DNA of 64,000 bases from Hemiscyllium ocellatum (Eukaryota): NCBI RefSeq assembly GCF_020745735.1, contig NC_083423.1, positions 32,426,001 to 32,490,000 of the forward strand. Direction: 5' to 3'. Positions 49,680-62,127 of this stretch are shown piece by piece (within the stretch, counting starts at the first letter, position 1; the number at the start of each line of letters is the position of its first letter). A program made the translations under genes and the position numbers. The notes beneath the pieces were generated by a model. The model was not told the origin of the DNA. It made no database searches and saw nothing but the letters and a program-made list of their open reading frames with translations.

Positions 49680-51590
49680 AAGACATTCAACCCCTCAAGC
49701 CTATTCTGCCATTCAGTAGGATCGTCCTACATTCCTCATGTCCTCTTTCCCACCCTTTCCCCATAATCTTGTTGCCCCTACTGACCAAGAATCTATTTCA
49801 GCCATAAATAATAACAAGGTCTCTTCCCCCACAACTCTCTGTGGTAAGGAGTTCCAAAAACTCAGACCCGTGTGAGAAACAACATAAGAACATAAGAACC
49901 TACTTCTGTTGTAGGAAAGGTTTTAGAAAGGATTACAAGAGATAGGATTTATAATCATCCAGCAAGCAACAATTTGATTTCAGATAGTCACCATTGTTTT
50001 GTCAAGGGCTGGTCGTGTCTCACAAACCTCATTGAGTTTTTTGAGAAGGTGACCAAGCATGTAGATGAGGGGAGGGCAGTTGACGTGGTATACATGGATT
50101 TCAGTAAAGCCTTTGATAAGTTCCACATGGTAGGCTGTTGGAGAAAATGCAGAAGCATGGGATTGAGGTGATTTAGCAGTTTGGATTAGAAACTGGCTTT
50201 CTGAAAGAAGGCAGCGAGTGGTGGTTGATGGAAAATATTCACGAGTACGGTTACTAGTGGAGTGCCACACAATCTGTTTTGGGACCAATGCTGTTTGTCA
50301 TTTTTGTAAATGACTTAGATGCAGGCATAAGTGGATGGATTAGTAAATTTGCAGATGACACTAAAGTTGGTGGAGTAGTGGACTGTTTGGAAGTTATAGG
50401 TTGCAAGGGGACTTGGATGAACTGCAGAATTGGGCTGAGAGGTGGCAAATGGAGTTCAATGCAGCTAAATGTGAGGTGATGCACTTTGGGAAGAATAACA
50501 GGAAGGCAGAGTACTGGATCAATGGACAGATTCATGGTAGTGTGGATGTGCAGAGGGATCTTGGAGTCCATGTACATAGATCCCTGAAAGTTGCCACCCA
50601 GGTGGATAGTGCTGTTAAGAAGGCATACGGTGTATTAGGTTTCATTGGTAGAGAGATTGAGTTCCGGAGCCACAATATCATGCTACAACTATACAAAATG
50701 CTGGTGCAGCCACACTTGGAATATTGTGTACAATTCTGGTCCCCATATTTCGGTAAGGATGTGGAAGCATTGGAAAAGGTTCAGAGGAGATTTACCAAGA
50801 TGTTGCCTGGCCTGAAGGGAAGTTCTTATGAGGAAAGGCTGAGAGACTTGGGTCTGTTCTCATTGGCAAGAAGAAGGCTAACAGGGGATTTGATAGAGAC
50901 ATACAAGATGATCAGAGGATTAGGTAGGGTCAACAGTGAAAGTCTTTTTCCTAGGATGATGATGTCAGCTTATACGAGGGGGCACAACTACAAACTGAGG
51001 TGTGATAGATTTAAGACAGATGTCAGAGGCAGGTTGTTTACTCAGAGTGGTAAGGGTGTGGAATGCCCTGCCTGCCAATGTACTTCACTCAGCCACATTA
51101 GGGAGATTTAAACAATCCTTAGATAAGCACATGGATGATTTTGGGATAGTTTAGGGGGAAGAGCTGAGAATAGTTCACAAGTCGGCGGAACATCAAGGGC
51201 TGAAGGGCCTGTTCTGTGCTGTATTGTTCTATGTTCTATGTTCTAACTAGGAGCAGGAGTAGGCCGTCTAGCCCAATGACCCTACTCCATCATTCAATAA
51301 GATCATGGCTGACCTTTTTGTGGACTCAGCTCCACTTAACCGTCCACTCACCATAATCATTACTGTTCAAAAATCTATTGTTGCTTAAATGCATTCAACA
51401 AGGTCGCCTCAACTGCTCCACTGGGTAAGAAATTCCACAGATTCACAACCCTTTGGGTGAAAGTCCTCCTCAACTCAGTTGCTCCCTGTTATTTTGAAGA
51501 AGAAATTCCTCATCTCAGTCTTAAATTGGCACCCCTGTAGTCTGAGTCAATGACTCACAGTCTCCCATGGGAGGAAACGTTCTCTCAAAC
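49680..51590 (-). mobile_element. Nested CR1 cluster: two minus-strand CR1 3' ends hosting a plus-strand CR1
   Basis: Outer copy 49680-49878 plus about 51496-51590; middle copy 49879-49899 plus 51245-51495. Confidence 0.7.
49900..51244 (+). mobile_element. 5'-truncated CR1 (RT plus 3' UTR), relatively young
   Basis: SCLTNLIEFF, YMDFSKAFDK, FADDTK, a 236-aa open C-terminal segment, (ttctatg)n tail. Confidence 0.93.
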
Positions 51591-51800
51591 CCTGGACTGG
51601 TGTCAGTGGATGTTCTTGATTTACTGTCCTGGGATACACGGATCAAAGGCTGCACACACCTCTGGACTTCTCATGTGATTCTGCCATATTTCTAATCATA
51701 GTCCATATTTTCTTTATTCAGTGGCACTTTTGTTTTTAGTTTCAAGGTTTCCTTTCTCATTCTCACTACTTCACCTGCTAGGTAATACAGTCATGAAGTA

Positions 51801-52019
51801 TCGTCAGATTTGCTATAAAGTGTGTTTCTTCAAAGTGAATTGGCTTTAACGCGATTGAAGAATTTAGATCGTTATTTGCCGAATGTCAACTTTCCTTACC
51901 TCCATTGGCTATAGTGCGATTCTGGCCTCATTAGTTTAAATGGCATGATTATTGCACGATTTCCTTATAACGTTAGATCGCATGAGCATGGAACTATCAT
52001 GTTATATCAGATCTGACTA
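51801..52019. mobile_element. Tc1/mariner-pogo type MITE
   Basis: TA flanks. Left end tcgtcagatttgctataa versus right-end reverse complement tagtcagatctgatataa. Confidence 0.7.
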
Positions 52020-53717
52020 TATATGTTTACAAATCTTCAAGTCTCCTGTTCCATTTGTTGAATTAGATTTAGATTAGTTTCAGATTTATTGTCACATGTA
52101 TATAACATTGTGAAAGTGTTTTCTCATGTGTTTTGTGCAAAGTGTCACCACGCTCCAGCGCTATTCTTTAGGGTCTGCTTCTTTCAATAGATAAATACTT
52201 GTTTAGAATTGGAATATGCTTAAACCCTCATTCATACCTTCATTATATCTAGTCCTGCTTATTCCAACACACTCCTGGTTGGTCTGTCATACTCTACCTT
52301 TCTTAATCTTGAGGTTTTATCATGCTCTTTGAAGCACCCAAAATATTTCTTTATGCCAGAGGTGTGATATAAATTCAAGTTTTAGGATTAGACTCCATTT
52401 ACTCTCATTGAAATGCCAGGATTTGAAGTCTTTGTCTCCTTCTACTTTCCCACCTTCAAACACTTTAAGTGCTAAAATTCAGTCCAGGGTTTTTGTGTAG
52501 GTCAATGGGCTCTAGCATGAATTTATGTGGTCCTTTGTTTGATGATGTTTCCAAAATTAAAACCCAGATTGTGCAGTATCTGCTCTTACATTCTGCCATT
52601 TTACCTAGGTTAGCAAGCTCTACCATTACATAGCTTGATCTAAAACTGCTTGATCTCAAACTGCTCAGTGGGATTATCTTAACTGAGAGTTGGGCCATCC
52701 TAGCACGCCTCAGTAGAGAATTGGGCCCAGCCTGAGCAGACACTCACTTTATAAGGCTACAATGCCTTGTCAGACCTCCCTTGCCTGCTAGGGTTGCACC
52801 ATTAGCTCTCCACTTCCTTAATTTTCTGCTTCTTCTTTTCAAGAAGCAACTGACAACCTCCTGCATGGTGCCTCCAAGTAACTCCTCCCACTCCTCCAAT
52901 CACAGCACCCCACTTGCTGATCCTCCAATCAGTTTAGCTCTTGAGGAACCACAACAGCATAAGAGGGGGAATTTGCAATTAGTGGAACTGAAGCAACATG
53001 AATGAGATGGAGCCTGTGATTGGAGGAGCAACTCCTCCCAGGTGCCATCTCTCCTGTGAATGGAGGCATGTTTCCCTAATTGGTCACCATGGTGACTGAA
53101 TTTTCATGGTTTTTTTTGGTGGGTCTTGCAGGTGAATTCACCGTCTGTCCCATGTATCTTGAGTGTGGAGATGAATTTCCCATCTAACCTTGTTGGTTTT
53201 GCAGGTGAAGTGACAAAGCCTGTTTTTAAAAAAAAACAGTCAAAGCAGCCATCATCTTTTTAATTTCAATAATCCATCGATAACCACTCCTAAATAACAT
53301 AAATCTTCATGTAAACAACAGCTGGCCTAGAAACATTCTTTCTCAAAAACAAGTCTTTTTAAAGGAAACGTTTTAGTAGCTTGCTTGTTACATTGAATTT
53401 GGTTGGCTGCAAACAATTTAAATACATTACAACAGTAACTGTGTGTCTCTGAAAGTGGTTACATTTTTACTACTTATTTTTGTACACAGTAAACATTAGG
53501 AGAAATAAGGTCTGAGTGATTGGGTTCTTGTCCATAAACAGATCCATTTCAGATAATTCTACATCCTTAAGTTGCAAAAGACTTCAATTCTGTCTCCAAT
53601 CAATCTAATTGATAAATTAAAATAATTTAAAACCACAGAAATAAGCAGTGACGGTCTTCACACCCAAGTGAAAAATGCTTTCCTTTCTTTTGATCAGGTT
53701 TAAGTCCTAATCCGAAA

Positions 53718-53850
53718 ACAAAATATTACAGGCACTTGAAATCTGAAAGAGAAATAGCTAAAAGTGAAAGGTGATGACCTGAAATGTCTGTTCTGCTTCT
53801 CTCTGCAGAGATGCTGCCTTACCTGCTGATTATTGGCAGTGTTTTAGTGT
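53718..53850. mobile_element. Degraded Penelope family C hairpin
   Basis: aaaatattacagg..aaatctgaaa ... gacctgaaatgt..ctctctgcagagatgctgcc.tacctgctga. Confidence 0.5.
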
Positions 53851-54039
53851 TCATGGATTCAAGACCCACTTAAACGCAATACAGAGAAAATGCTGTATTC
53901 TCAAATGTGTATTCTTTTCACTGAAATTTTTAACTGAGGTCCTGCGAGCTTTCATGTGAACAAAGGAAATCCCACCTCACTATTCCCAGGAGAGCAGAAA
54001 AATGTTTCCATGTCACGGGCAATTCTCTCAATTAGTTCA

Positions 54040-54745
54040 TTAAACCATAGAATAGTACCACACGTCAGCCCATCAGGCTTTTTGACAAACAATCCAGCTA
54101 AGTCATACTCCCTTTTTCTTTCCTGAACTCACTGCAATTTTCCTCTTTCAAGTTTTCACCCATTTCCCCATTTCTTCTGCAATCAAGCAGTGCATTCAAA
54201 AGCCTAATTTTTTTTTACAAGAAAAGTTGCTTCCTCATGTCATTCCTGGTTCCTTTGACCAATTCCACTAAATTTGTATCCTTCCCTTATTGACCCTTCA
54301 ATCAGTGGAGACAGTTCCTTGTTAATTACTCAGTTGTCTAAACCCTTCACGATATTAAATGTCTTTTTGCAAATATCCCCTTAAATGTCTCTATCCAAAG
54401 GAAAACATCCCTACCTTTCCAGTCTGTCCACATCATTGTGATCATTCATCAGCAAAATCATTCATCAGCAAAACCATTCAAGTAAATCTCTTTTATACTA
54501 CCTCCATAGCTGTCCCAAACTGTAATATCCAGAATTTGTCATAATACTTTCATCAGTGTAAAACCATTTTTTTTATATCTGTTTGGCAGAACTTGGTTTC
54601 TAAATGATCTGCCTCATTTTATAAAGTTTAGGAAAGAATGTATCTTGTTAACTATTCTTTTACATCTTTGTTCAAACATGTGTAAGTCTTGCTCTGTTTA
54701 CACCCCTTTCAAATTATGCAATTTAACATGCATTGTCCTTCTTGA
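54040..54745 (-). mobile_element. Old CR1 3' fragment
   Basis: Antisense tail accatagaatagtaccac and degenerate RT C-terminus. Confidence 0.5.
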
Positions 54746-54774
54746 TTATAACAAACAAAATGCATGGTAGCATT

Positions 54775-55065
54775 AGGGCAGTCCAGACATTATAGTAATG
54801 TCACTGACTCGTATATGAGAGGGCCAATCTCTCTGCGGACACAGGTTCAAATTCTACCACAACAGCCAATGGAATTTATGTTCAAGTAAGATGAATAAAT
54901 CTGGAATGGCAAGTTAGTTTCAGTAAGGACAAATATTACTGAAAACCAATCTGGTTCACTAATGCCATAAAGGGAAGGCAATCTGCCATCCTTGTCTGAT
55001 CTGGTCTATGCAGCTCCAACTTCACAGCAAACTTTACTCTGCCTGAAGGGAAGCAAGTCATTGAT
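54775..55065 (+). mobile_element. tRNA-derived SINE (second family), head and body
   Basis: B box ggttcaaattc; ctggttcactaatg..aagggaagg.aatctgccatcctt. Confidence 0.7.
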
Positions 55066-55354
55066 TGTTTCAAGCTTCCCGATTGACTCTGACCCAACAG
55101 AGTCTGCCTCCCAAAATGTCCAAGTTGTTAAGGAATACCAAAGAAAGATTGTGGCTTTGAGGAACACCCTAAACCAGCCTGTTGAGCACCTATTCTGCTC
55201 CTTTGTTCATATTTTGTCCATTTTACTGCAAACCCTTTTAGTTTTTGTGCTTGAATCTAGTCCTTCATCACATTTCTGTGTGCAAACTGGCTGCTGTATT
55301 TACTTATATTATAACAATGACTCAATTTCAAAAGTGCTTCATTGATTATAATCA

Positions 55355-55765
55355 GTAATGCTTCATTCTGAGTCAGAGAATCATAAATTTAAGTTCTACT
55401 TGCAAGTTTAATCTTGATTGACATTGAGGGAAGTACTTCAGGACTAAGAAAATGTTGCATTGTTAACAGTGTCATCTTTTAGATGAGATGTTAAACATAC
55501 CTGTGTTTTTAGGCAGTTCCACAATTCTTGTATCAATATTTGAAGAGCAGAGGGGTTCTATTAGCTGACAATTATTTGTCACATAACACCACCAAAAATA
55601 GAATAACTTGTTATTTGTTGTTCGTGTTATTTGTTCTTTGAATAATTTAATCATACATTTGCTTACAGTACAAACATTAACTCTTTAAATGTTATTAATT
55701 TGCTACAGAGCACTTGGACCATTCTGAAGGCAGGAAAATGCTATATAAATGTGTTATTTCTTTCA
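55355..55765 (+). mobile_element. Deu-domain SINE remnant
   Basis: ctgagtcaga head, gtgtcatcttttagatgagatgttaaac core, gctatataaatg tail. Confidence 0.6.
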
Positions 55766-56543
55766 TTACACAGATTGACTCAGCCAGTAGAGAAATTCTT
55801 GAAGTCACATATTAAAACAACATGAGAAATGAGACCTAACAAGAGCTGTGAGGTACTTACTAATCATCCAAATACAAATCCTATTTTCAGTTTTGAGGAA
55901 TACTTTTCTTTTTTATAAAAGAAAATCAAATAACTTGAAGCAGTCCAGCTATACTGCACACCTTTGTAATATGGCTGTGGCACTGACAATTCTCGATGTG
56001 CTGAAAGCCAGAAGCTCTCAAATAGAAGTGAGACACATCTCCACAGCAATGACAGAAAGCTGAACAAAAACAGGTCACAGCCAGCCCATCTCCTGGATCT
56101 TCTAGCAGCTGTCTCAAGAGTGCCTTGAAATGAAGTCTGGTATCACTTGTAAGACTAGTCACTGTGTCAAGTATTATAAAGGAGATAAATTCACAAACAC
56201 ACAGCTGAAACAACAAGGTTGCTATAACACTTTGGGTTTTTAACAGTATCTAATGCTGTTAATCCAGCTCTTTCACACAGCCTATCTCAATAGCTCCTCC
56301 AAGCTATTTCCTTTCAATATGTCATTTGTATTTATCTAACAAAAGTATTAATAAAAAAAGATTTTTTTAAACAATTAGCAAACAGGGTTGAAACAGACGT
56401 TGAATTTCTAACTTTTTTTTCTACTTAATACTAAGTAAGACTTTGATGTTTAACTTTTAACCTTTTTGCTTTCTCCACATTGTACATTTGCCCTAAAATA
56501 ATACACTGTATGCATTTCACTGTACACATATACTTCTGTAGTT

Positions 56544-57095
56544 AGAGTCATCGAGTCATAGGGATGTACAGCATGGAAACAGAACCTTCGGTTTGTCCAT
56601 GCCGACCAGATATCCCAACCCAATCTACTCCCACCTGCCAGCACCCCGCCCATATCCCTCCAAACCCTTCCCATTCATATACCCATCTAAATGCCTCTAA
56701 AATGTTGCAATTGTACCAGCCTCCACCACTGCCTCTGGCAGCTCATTCCATACACGTACCACCCTCTGTGTGAAAAAGTTGCCCCGTAGGTCTCTTTTCT
56801 ATCTTTCCCCTCTCACTCTAAACCTACGCCCTCTAGTTCTGGACTTCCCGACCCCAGGGAAAAGAATTTGCCTATTTATCCTATCCATGCCTCTCATAAT
56901 TTTGTAAACCTCTATAAGGTCACCCCTCAGCCTCTGATGCTCCACGGAAGACAGCCCCAGCCTGTTAAGCATCTCCCTGTAGCTCAAATCCTCCAACCCT
57001 GGCAACATCCTCGTTTTTGAACCCTTTCAAGTCTCACAACATCTTTCCGATAGGATGGAGACCAGAATTGCAAGCAATATTTCAACAGTGGCTTA
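56544..57095 (-). mobile_element. CR1 3' fragment (same subfamily as the 11-15.5 kb copy)
   Basis: ORF 56799-57008 LPGLEDLSYRE.LNRLGL; (agagtcat)n tail. Confidence 0.92.
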
Positions 57096-58104
57096 ATTTG
57101 AGTACATGTGACAATAATTTATAATCATAATTCTAGCTTATTTGTTAAAACAACTATTCTTCAATTACTTTGAATTTCTGTGTTTTCAACAAAATAATTT
57201 TATGGCAAAATATTTCACATTACAGCAATTTTTCACATCTAACATATTGTTGTTCTGCGGGACTATGAATAACAACAACCATTATTAACCCTTTGAATAC
57301 TAGGAAAACCATGAGGAATATGCACTTTTCAGACATGCATTTGTCACCCAACACTTCAGTAAAATTTTAAAACTGTCAAAATGTAAAAAATGAGGAGTCA
57401 AATTGAAATAATGATTCTGTATGGATTAAAAATATAATTTTGTAAATGCACAGCAGATCTACATGTATCTGAAAAGAAAACTAAATGGTTTCAAATGGAA
57501 TGCCCAATTCTTGTTCAAAAAATGCTTTGAACATTGAAGTGTTCTTGAAAAATAACTAGCTGTAATATTTGAAAGGTTAATACGTGTTGCGCATTTTAGT
57601 GGTCATAATATTCTGCAACAGATAATGTGTTTGGAATTGCAGGAATCGTATTGTTACTGCTAAAATGTTAAATATTGTAGCAGAATTTTCCAATAATATT
57701 GACATCTACACTTATCCTGTTGTACTCCTCCTTAACCTTGATATGAACTTAGTATAAAAATGAACTGTAAAATGTCCTATCAACAGCCAGTCTGAACCAG
57801 CTTTGACTGGACAGAGTGCAAGGACAGTGTGCTATTTTGCAATAACAGTGAGTGAGGCACAACATTAATTTACAAACATAATTTTATCTGAGAATTATGA
57901 AAGCATTCACATCTTTGTGTTTTATAACGAGTGTTCAATAACAAACCAAGCTCAGTGGGCTAAAAGACAGCACCTAATTCCAGAGATTCTTCTAGCTGAT
58001 TAGTAAAGGCAGACAATACATTTCATTGTCGGAACAATTTGACCAATTTGCAAATCAATTATCCAGGGATGAACATACAACCTATCCAACTCTTTTAATA
58101 GCCT

Positions 58105-58310
58105 AAAGCAAAATATTGCAGATGCTAGAAAGCTAACATAAAACAGCAAATGCTGGAAATACTCAGCAGATTTGGCAGCATCTATGGAGAAAGAAACAGT
58201 TGACATTTCAGGTAGTGAGCTTTTATCAGAATAGAAGGAAGGTCATGACCTAAAACATTTATTATCTCTCCACAGATGATGCCAGAACTGCTGAATATCT
58301 CCATGATTCT
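58105..58310. mobile_element. Penelope fold-back hairpin (family C)
   Basis: ctcagcagatttggcagcatctatggaga is inverted against tctccacagatgatgccagaactgctga. Confidence 0.72.
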
Positions 58311-58399
58311 CTTTATAAAGATCTTAAAGGCCGTTCATCATTGATAAGGTTTTTGCTGTTATTTGCTGTAACCAATGCAAGTAAAGGTATTTGAATCTC

Positions 58400-59165
58400 T
58401 AAGGAGCTTTGTGACACCCGACCGTGTGGTTTTGGGGCAGGTGAATGCTACAATGGTGCTCGTTGAAGGCAGGTGTTGATGACAAAATTCATGACCAACT
58501 CCAACTGACAGCCAAGACTATGACTGACTAAAGATCAAATGCGAAGACCGAGATCATTATTTAGTGGGCAGCACTGACCTTTGTACTATTATATGCCTCA
58601 GAGACTTGAACAATCCACAGCAGCTATCCCAAAGCACTGGAGACATAACACCAACAGCACCTTCGCAAGATCCTTTAAATCCGGTGACAGAAAAATTAGC
58701 GACCAACAGTGTCCTCTCCAAAGCTAACTTGACCAACATTGAGATGCTAATCACTCATGGCCAGCTTCACTGGGGCCGAGCATGCTGCTTGTATGCTTGG
58801 CGCCAGATTCCCAAACCAATTGCTTGACTCAGAACTCTGTCGTAGCAGGGAGATATCAGGAGGACTGCAGAAAGCCTTTAATGATGCCCTTGGTAAAGAA
58901 TTCAAATATCATGCCATCTCATGGAAGGCCCTGGCTTGTGACTGATCAAAATAGAGAACATTCAATCTGAAAGACAAAAATACATACTTTGTCATGAATG
59001 TGCAGAGGCAAAGTTGAAGGGCCATTGGGATTGCATAAACTAGCAAACAATCAATCAATTAATGCTGGGTGTACCATCTGCCCCATGGATAGCAGAGCCT
59101 GCAGGTTGTTCTTTGAACACATCAGCCATCTCAAAATCCATTGAACCAGAGTGGAAGTCAATCAT
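58400..59165 (+). mobile_element. RTE-clade LINE 3' remnant
   Basis: LLYASET; TNSVLSKANLTNIEMLITHGQLHW; LLDSELCRSREISGGLQKAFND. Confidence 0.75.
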
Positions 59166-60819
59166 TCTCAATCCTAAGGGACTGCCTAAGAGGACAAAAA
59201 TGCAGCCCACAAACTGAAAAATTGACCTGTCAAACATTTCATAAGAATATTCCACAACTTAGGTTCTCTGAGGCTACAGGGTTACTTATTACTCCACGCT
59301 CCTGCAGATTCATGTTGCATTCCTTTGCCCTGTATGCTGACTATTGCACAAACAATGAAAATGGGTGTTGAAGTGATTTAAACAATACTTAAATATATTT
59401 TCCTCCCTAATGATGTGATCAAATCAATCACATAGCTACTGATTCTGTTAATAAATGTTTCAATGATTATAAATTCACACAGTATGAAAAACTGAACTTT
59501 TAACACTTAGTGTATCTGAAGATGAGTGCTGCACTGACCAGACAATGGAACAAGTATGCATTGTTCCAGACTCATGTTTATGATTTGATTATGTTATCAT
59601 TATAAATTATGTGTGTTAGCTACAGTGAACTTTGAATGATAAGCACAGTACACAATGTCTACCAGCCAAAAGGATTGAACAGAAAATTGTTTTCCAGAAA
59701 TCAGTGCTCATAGAAAGAAAACAACTCGGCAAGATTAGACAAGAACACTTGCAAACTGACATAGCCTCAGCATGGTCTCCCGGTCTCAAGGTGATTCCAG
59801 AGCCATCTCCCAGCCTTATGATCCTGAGTTGAAGTGGGGCGTGGTCTGGAGACAAGGCCTGGTGTGGACTGGAGGCTGGGGGCCAGTGTGGTCTGGGCTG
59901 GAAGACCATTGTGCTGAACTGCTTTTTCTGCAATACTGGATGTTTTATTTCTCTATTTTCTAAGATTTTGTAACTGAAGAAACTGTACCTAAGTACCTTT
60001 GTATCTAAGATGATGCTGTATGTGGCTACTTATAAATTTTTCACTGTACTCATTTGAGTATGTATGACAAGAAATCTGATTCTAATTTTAGAACTTATCT
60101 ATTATACTTCAATTAAACCGAATTAACCAAATCAAAAATGAAGGAAATTAAACTCCAAGACTTTCTTAAGTGAAATAAAGTTGGTTTTCCTTACTTATTA
60201 AACTCAAGAAAATGAATTAAAACTGCAACTTCTGACATACACATAAAGTACAGGTAATAAGCACTAAAAAGAGGGAGAAGTGTATCTCTACAAATAGGAA
60301 AACAGAAGGAGTTGCAGTTTAACATTTTTAAAGTCCTTGAGTTGTGAGAATGGACAGAAGTTCCAATGATTCAATTGTTGTTCTGGTTCCTCAGGAGTGC
60401 AGATGATTTTGATTTCTTAGTGAATGATGGTTTTCTGAAATGGAGTTGGTTTCTAAAGCTGAGAAAGAGGGAGAGAAGAGCTTTTAGTACCCTTGCTGTT
60501 ATCAGTCCATGTTGCTTTTTCCCTCCTTTGTTGCATGTGAATGTATCTTTCTGCATTCTGATTGGTTCAGATTTATACCTCCCAGAATAAGTTGCAATGG
60601 CATTTCTTGTGGGAAAATCATCAGGAACTTAATTAATTTTGTTTTCCACTCTCTATCCCACCAACATTACACCATTACCATCGCCACGGGACCCTGTTCC
60701 TGCTATTGCCAACACCATGGGGACCCTATTCCTGGTATTGCCACTGCCAAAGGACCTTGTTCCTGCTATTGCCGCTGACACAGGACCCTATTCCAGTTAT
60801 TGCCGTCGCCACAGGACCC

Positions 60820-62127
60820 ACCTCCCTCCCCTTCCTAGACCTCTCCATCTCCATTAATGACGACCGACTTGACACTGACATTTTTTACAAACCCACCAAC
60901 TCCCACAGCTACCTGGATTACACCTCTTCCCACCCTACCTCTTGCAAAAATGCCATCCCGTATTCCCAATTCCTCCACCTCTGCCGTATCTGCTCCCAGG
61001 AGGACCAATTCCACCACAGAACACACCAGATGGCCTCCTTCTTTCGAGACCGCAATTTCCCTTCCCACATGGTTAAAGATGCCCTCCCCTCCAACGCATC
61101 TCGTCCACATCCCACACCTCCGCCGTCAGACTCCACCCTCCAACCGTAACAAGGACAGAACGCCCCTGGTGCTCACCTTCCACCCTACCAACCTTCGTAT
61201 AAACCAAATCATCTGCCAACATTTCCGCCACCTCCAAAAAGGCCCCATCAGCAGGGATGTATTTCCCTCCCCACCCCTTTCCGCCTTCTGCAAAGACCGT
61301 TCCCACCGTGACTACCTGGTCAGGTCCACGCCCCCCCTACAACCCACCCTCCCATCCTGGCACCTTCCCCTGCCACTGCAGGAACTGTAAAACCTGCACT
61401 CACACCTCCTCCCTCTTCTCTATCCCCAGGCCCTAAAAGAGCCTTCCACATCCATCAAAGTTTTACCTGCACATCCAGTAATATCATTTATTGTATCCAT
61501 TGCTCCTGATGTGGTCTCCTCTACATTGTGGAGACTGGGCGCCTCCTGACAGAGCGCTTTAGGGAACATCTCCGAGACACCCGCACCAATCAACCACACT
61601 GCCCGTGGCCCAACATTTCAACTCGTCCTCCCACTCTGCTAGGACATGGAGGTCCTGGGCCTCCTTCACTGCCACTCCCTCAACACCAGGCCCCTGGAGG
61701 AAGAACGCCTCATCTTCCGCCTCGGAACACTTCAACCCCAGGGCATCAATGTGGACTTCAACGCTTCCTCATTTCCCCTTCCCCCACCTCACCCTAGTTC
61801 CAAACTTCCAGCTCAGCACTGTCCCCATGACTTGTCCTACCTGTCTATCTACTTTTCCACCTATCCACTCCACCCTCTCCTCCCTGACCTATCACCTTCA
61901 TCCCCTCCCCCACTCACCTATTGTACTCTATGTTACTTTCTCCCCACCCCCACCCTCCTCTAGCTTATCTCTCCACGCTTCAGGCTCTCTGCCTTTATTC
62001 CTGATGAAGGGCTTTTGCCCGAAATGTCGATTTTGCTGCTCCTTGGATGCTGCCTGAACTGCTGTGCTCTTCCAGCACCACTAATCCAGAATCTGGTTTC
62101 CAGCATCTACAGTCATTGTTTTTACCT
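60820..62127 (+). mobile_element. 5'-truncated Penelope-like element (family A): RT thumb, GIY-YIG, terminal repeat with hammerhead
   Basis: LPFLDLSISI..DRL.TDIFYKPT.SHSYL.Y.SSHP; IYCI.C..CGLLYI.ETGR.L.ERFREH; RLGTLQPQGIN. Confidence 0.95.
61997..62032 (+). ncRNA. Minimal type-I hammerhead ribozyme motif
   Basis: auuc-CUGAUGA-a-GGGC-uuuu-GCCC-GAAA-uGUC^gauu. Confidence 0.78.

Noticed and set aside
55860-56216. Cys/His-rich minus-strand ORF and possible exon
   Set aside because: Weak donor and no recognisable motif spacing; compatible with chance.
60371-60640. Open frame of about 85 codons on the minus strand with an internal acceptor-like tract
   Set aside because: No donor or start context and no homology recognised.
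60674-60819. 31-bp repeats as a CRISPR-like array
   Set aside because: Units are head-to-tail without unique spacers, in eukaryotic DNA; this is a minisatellite.
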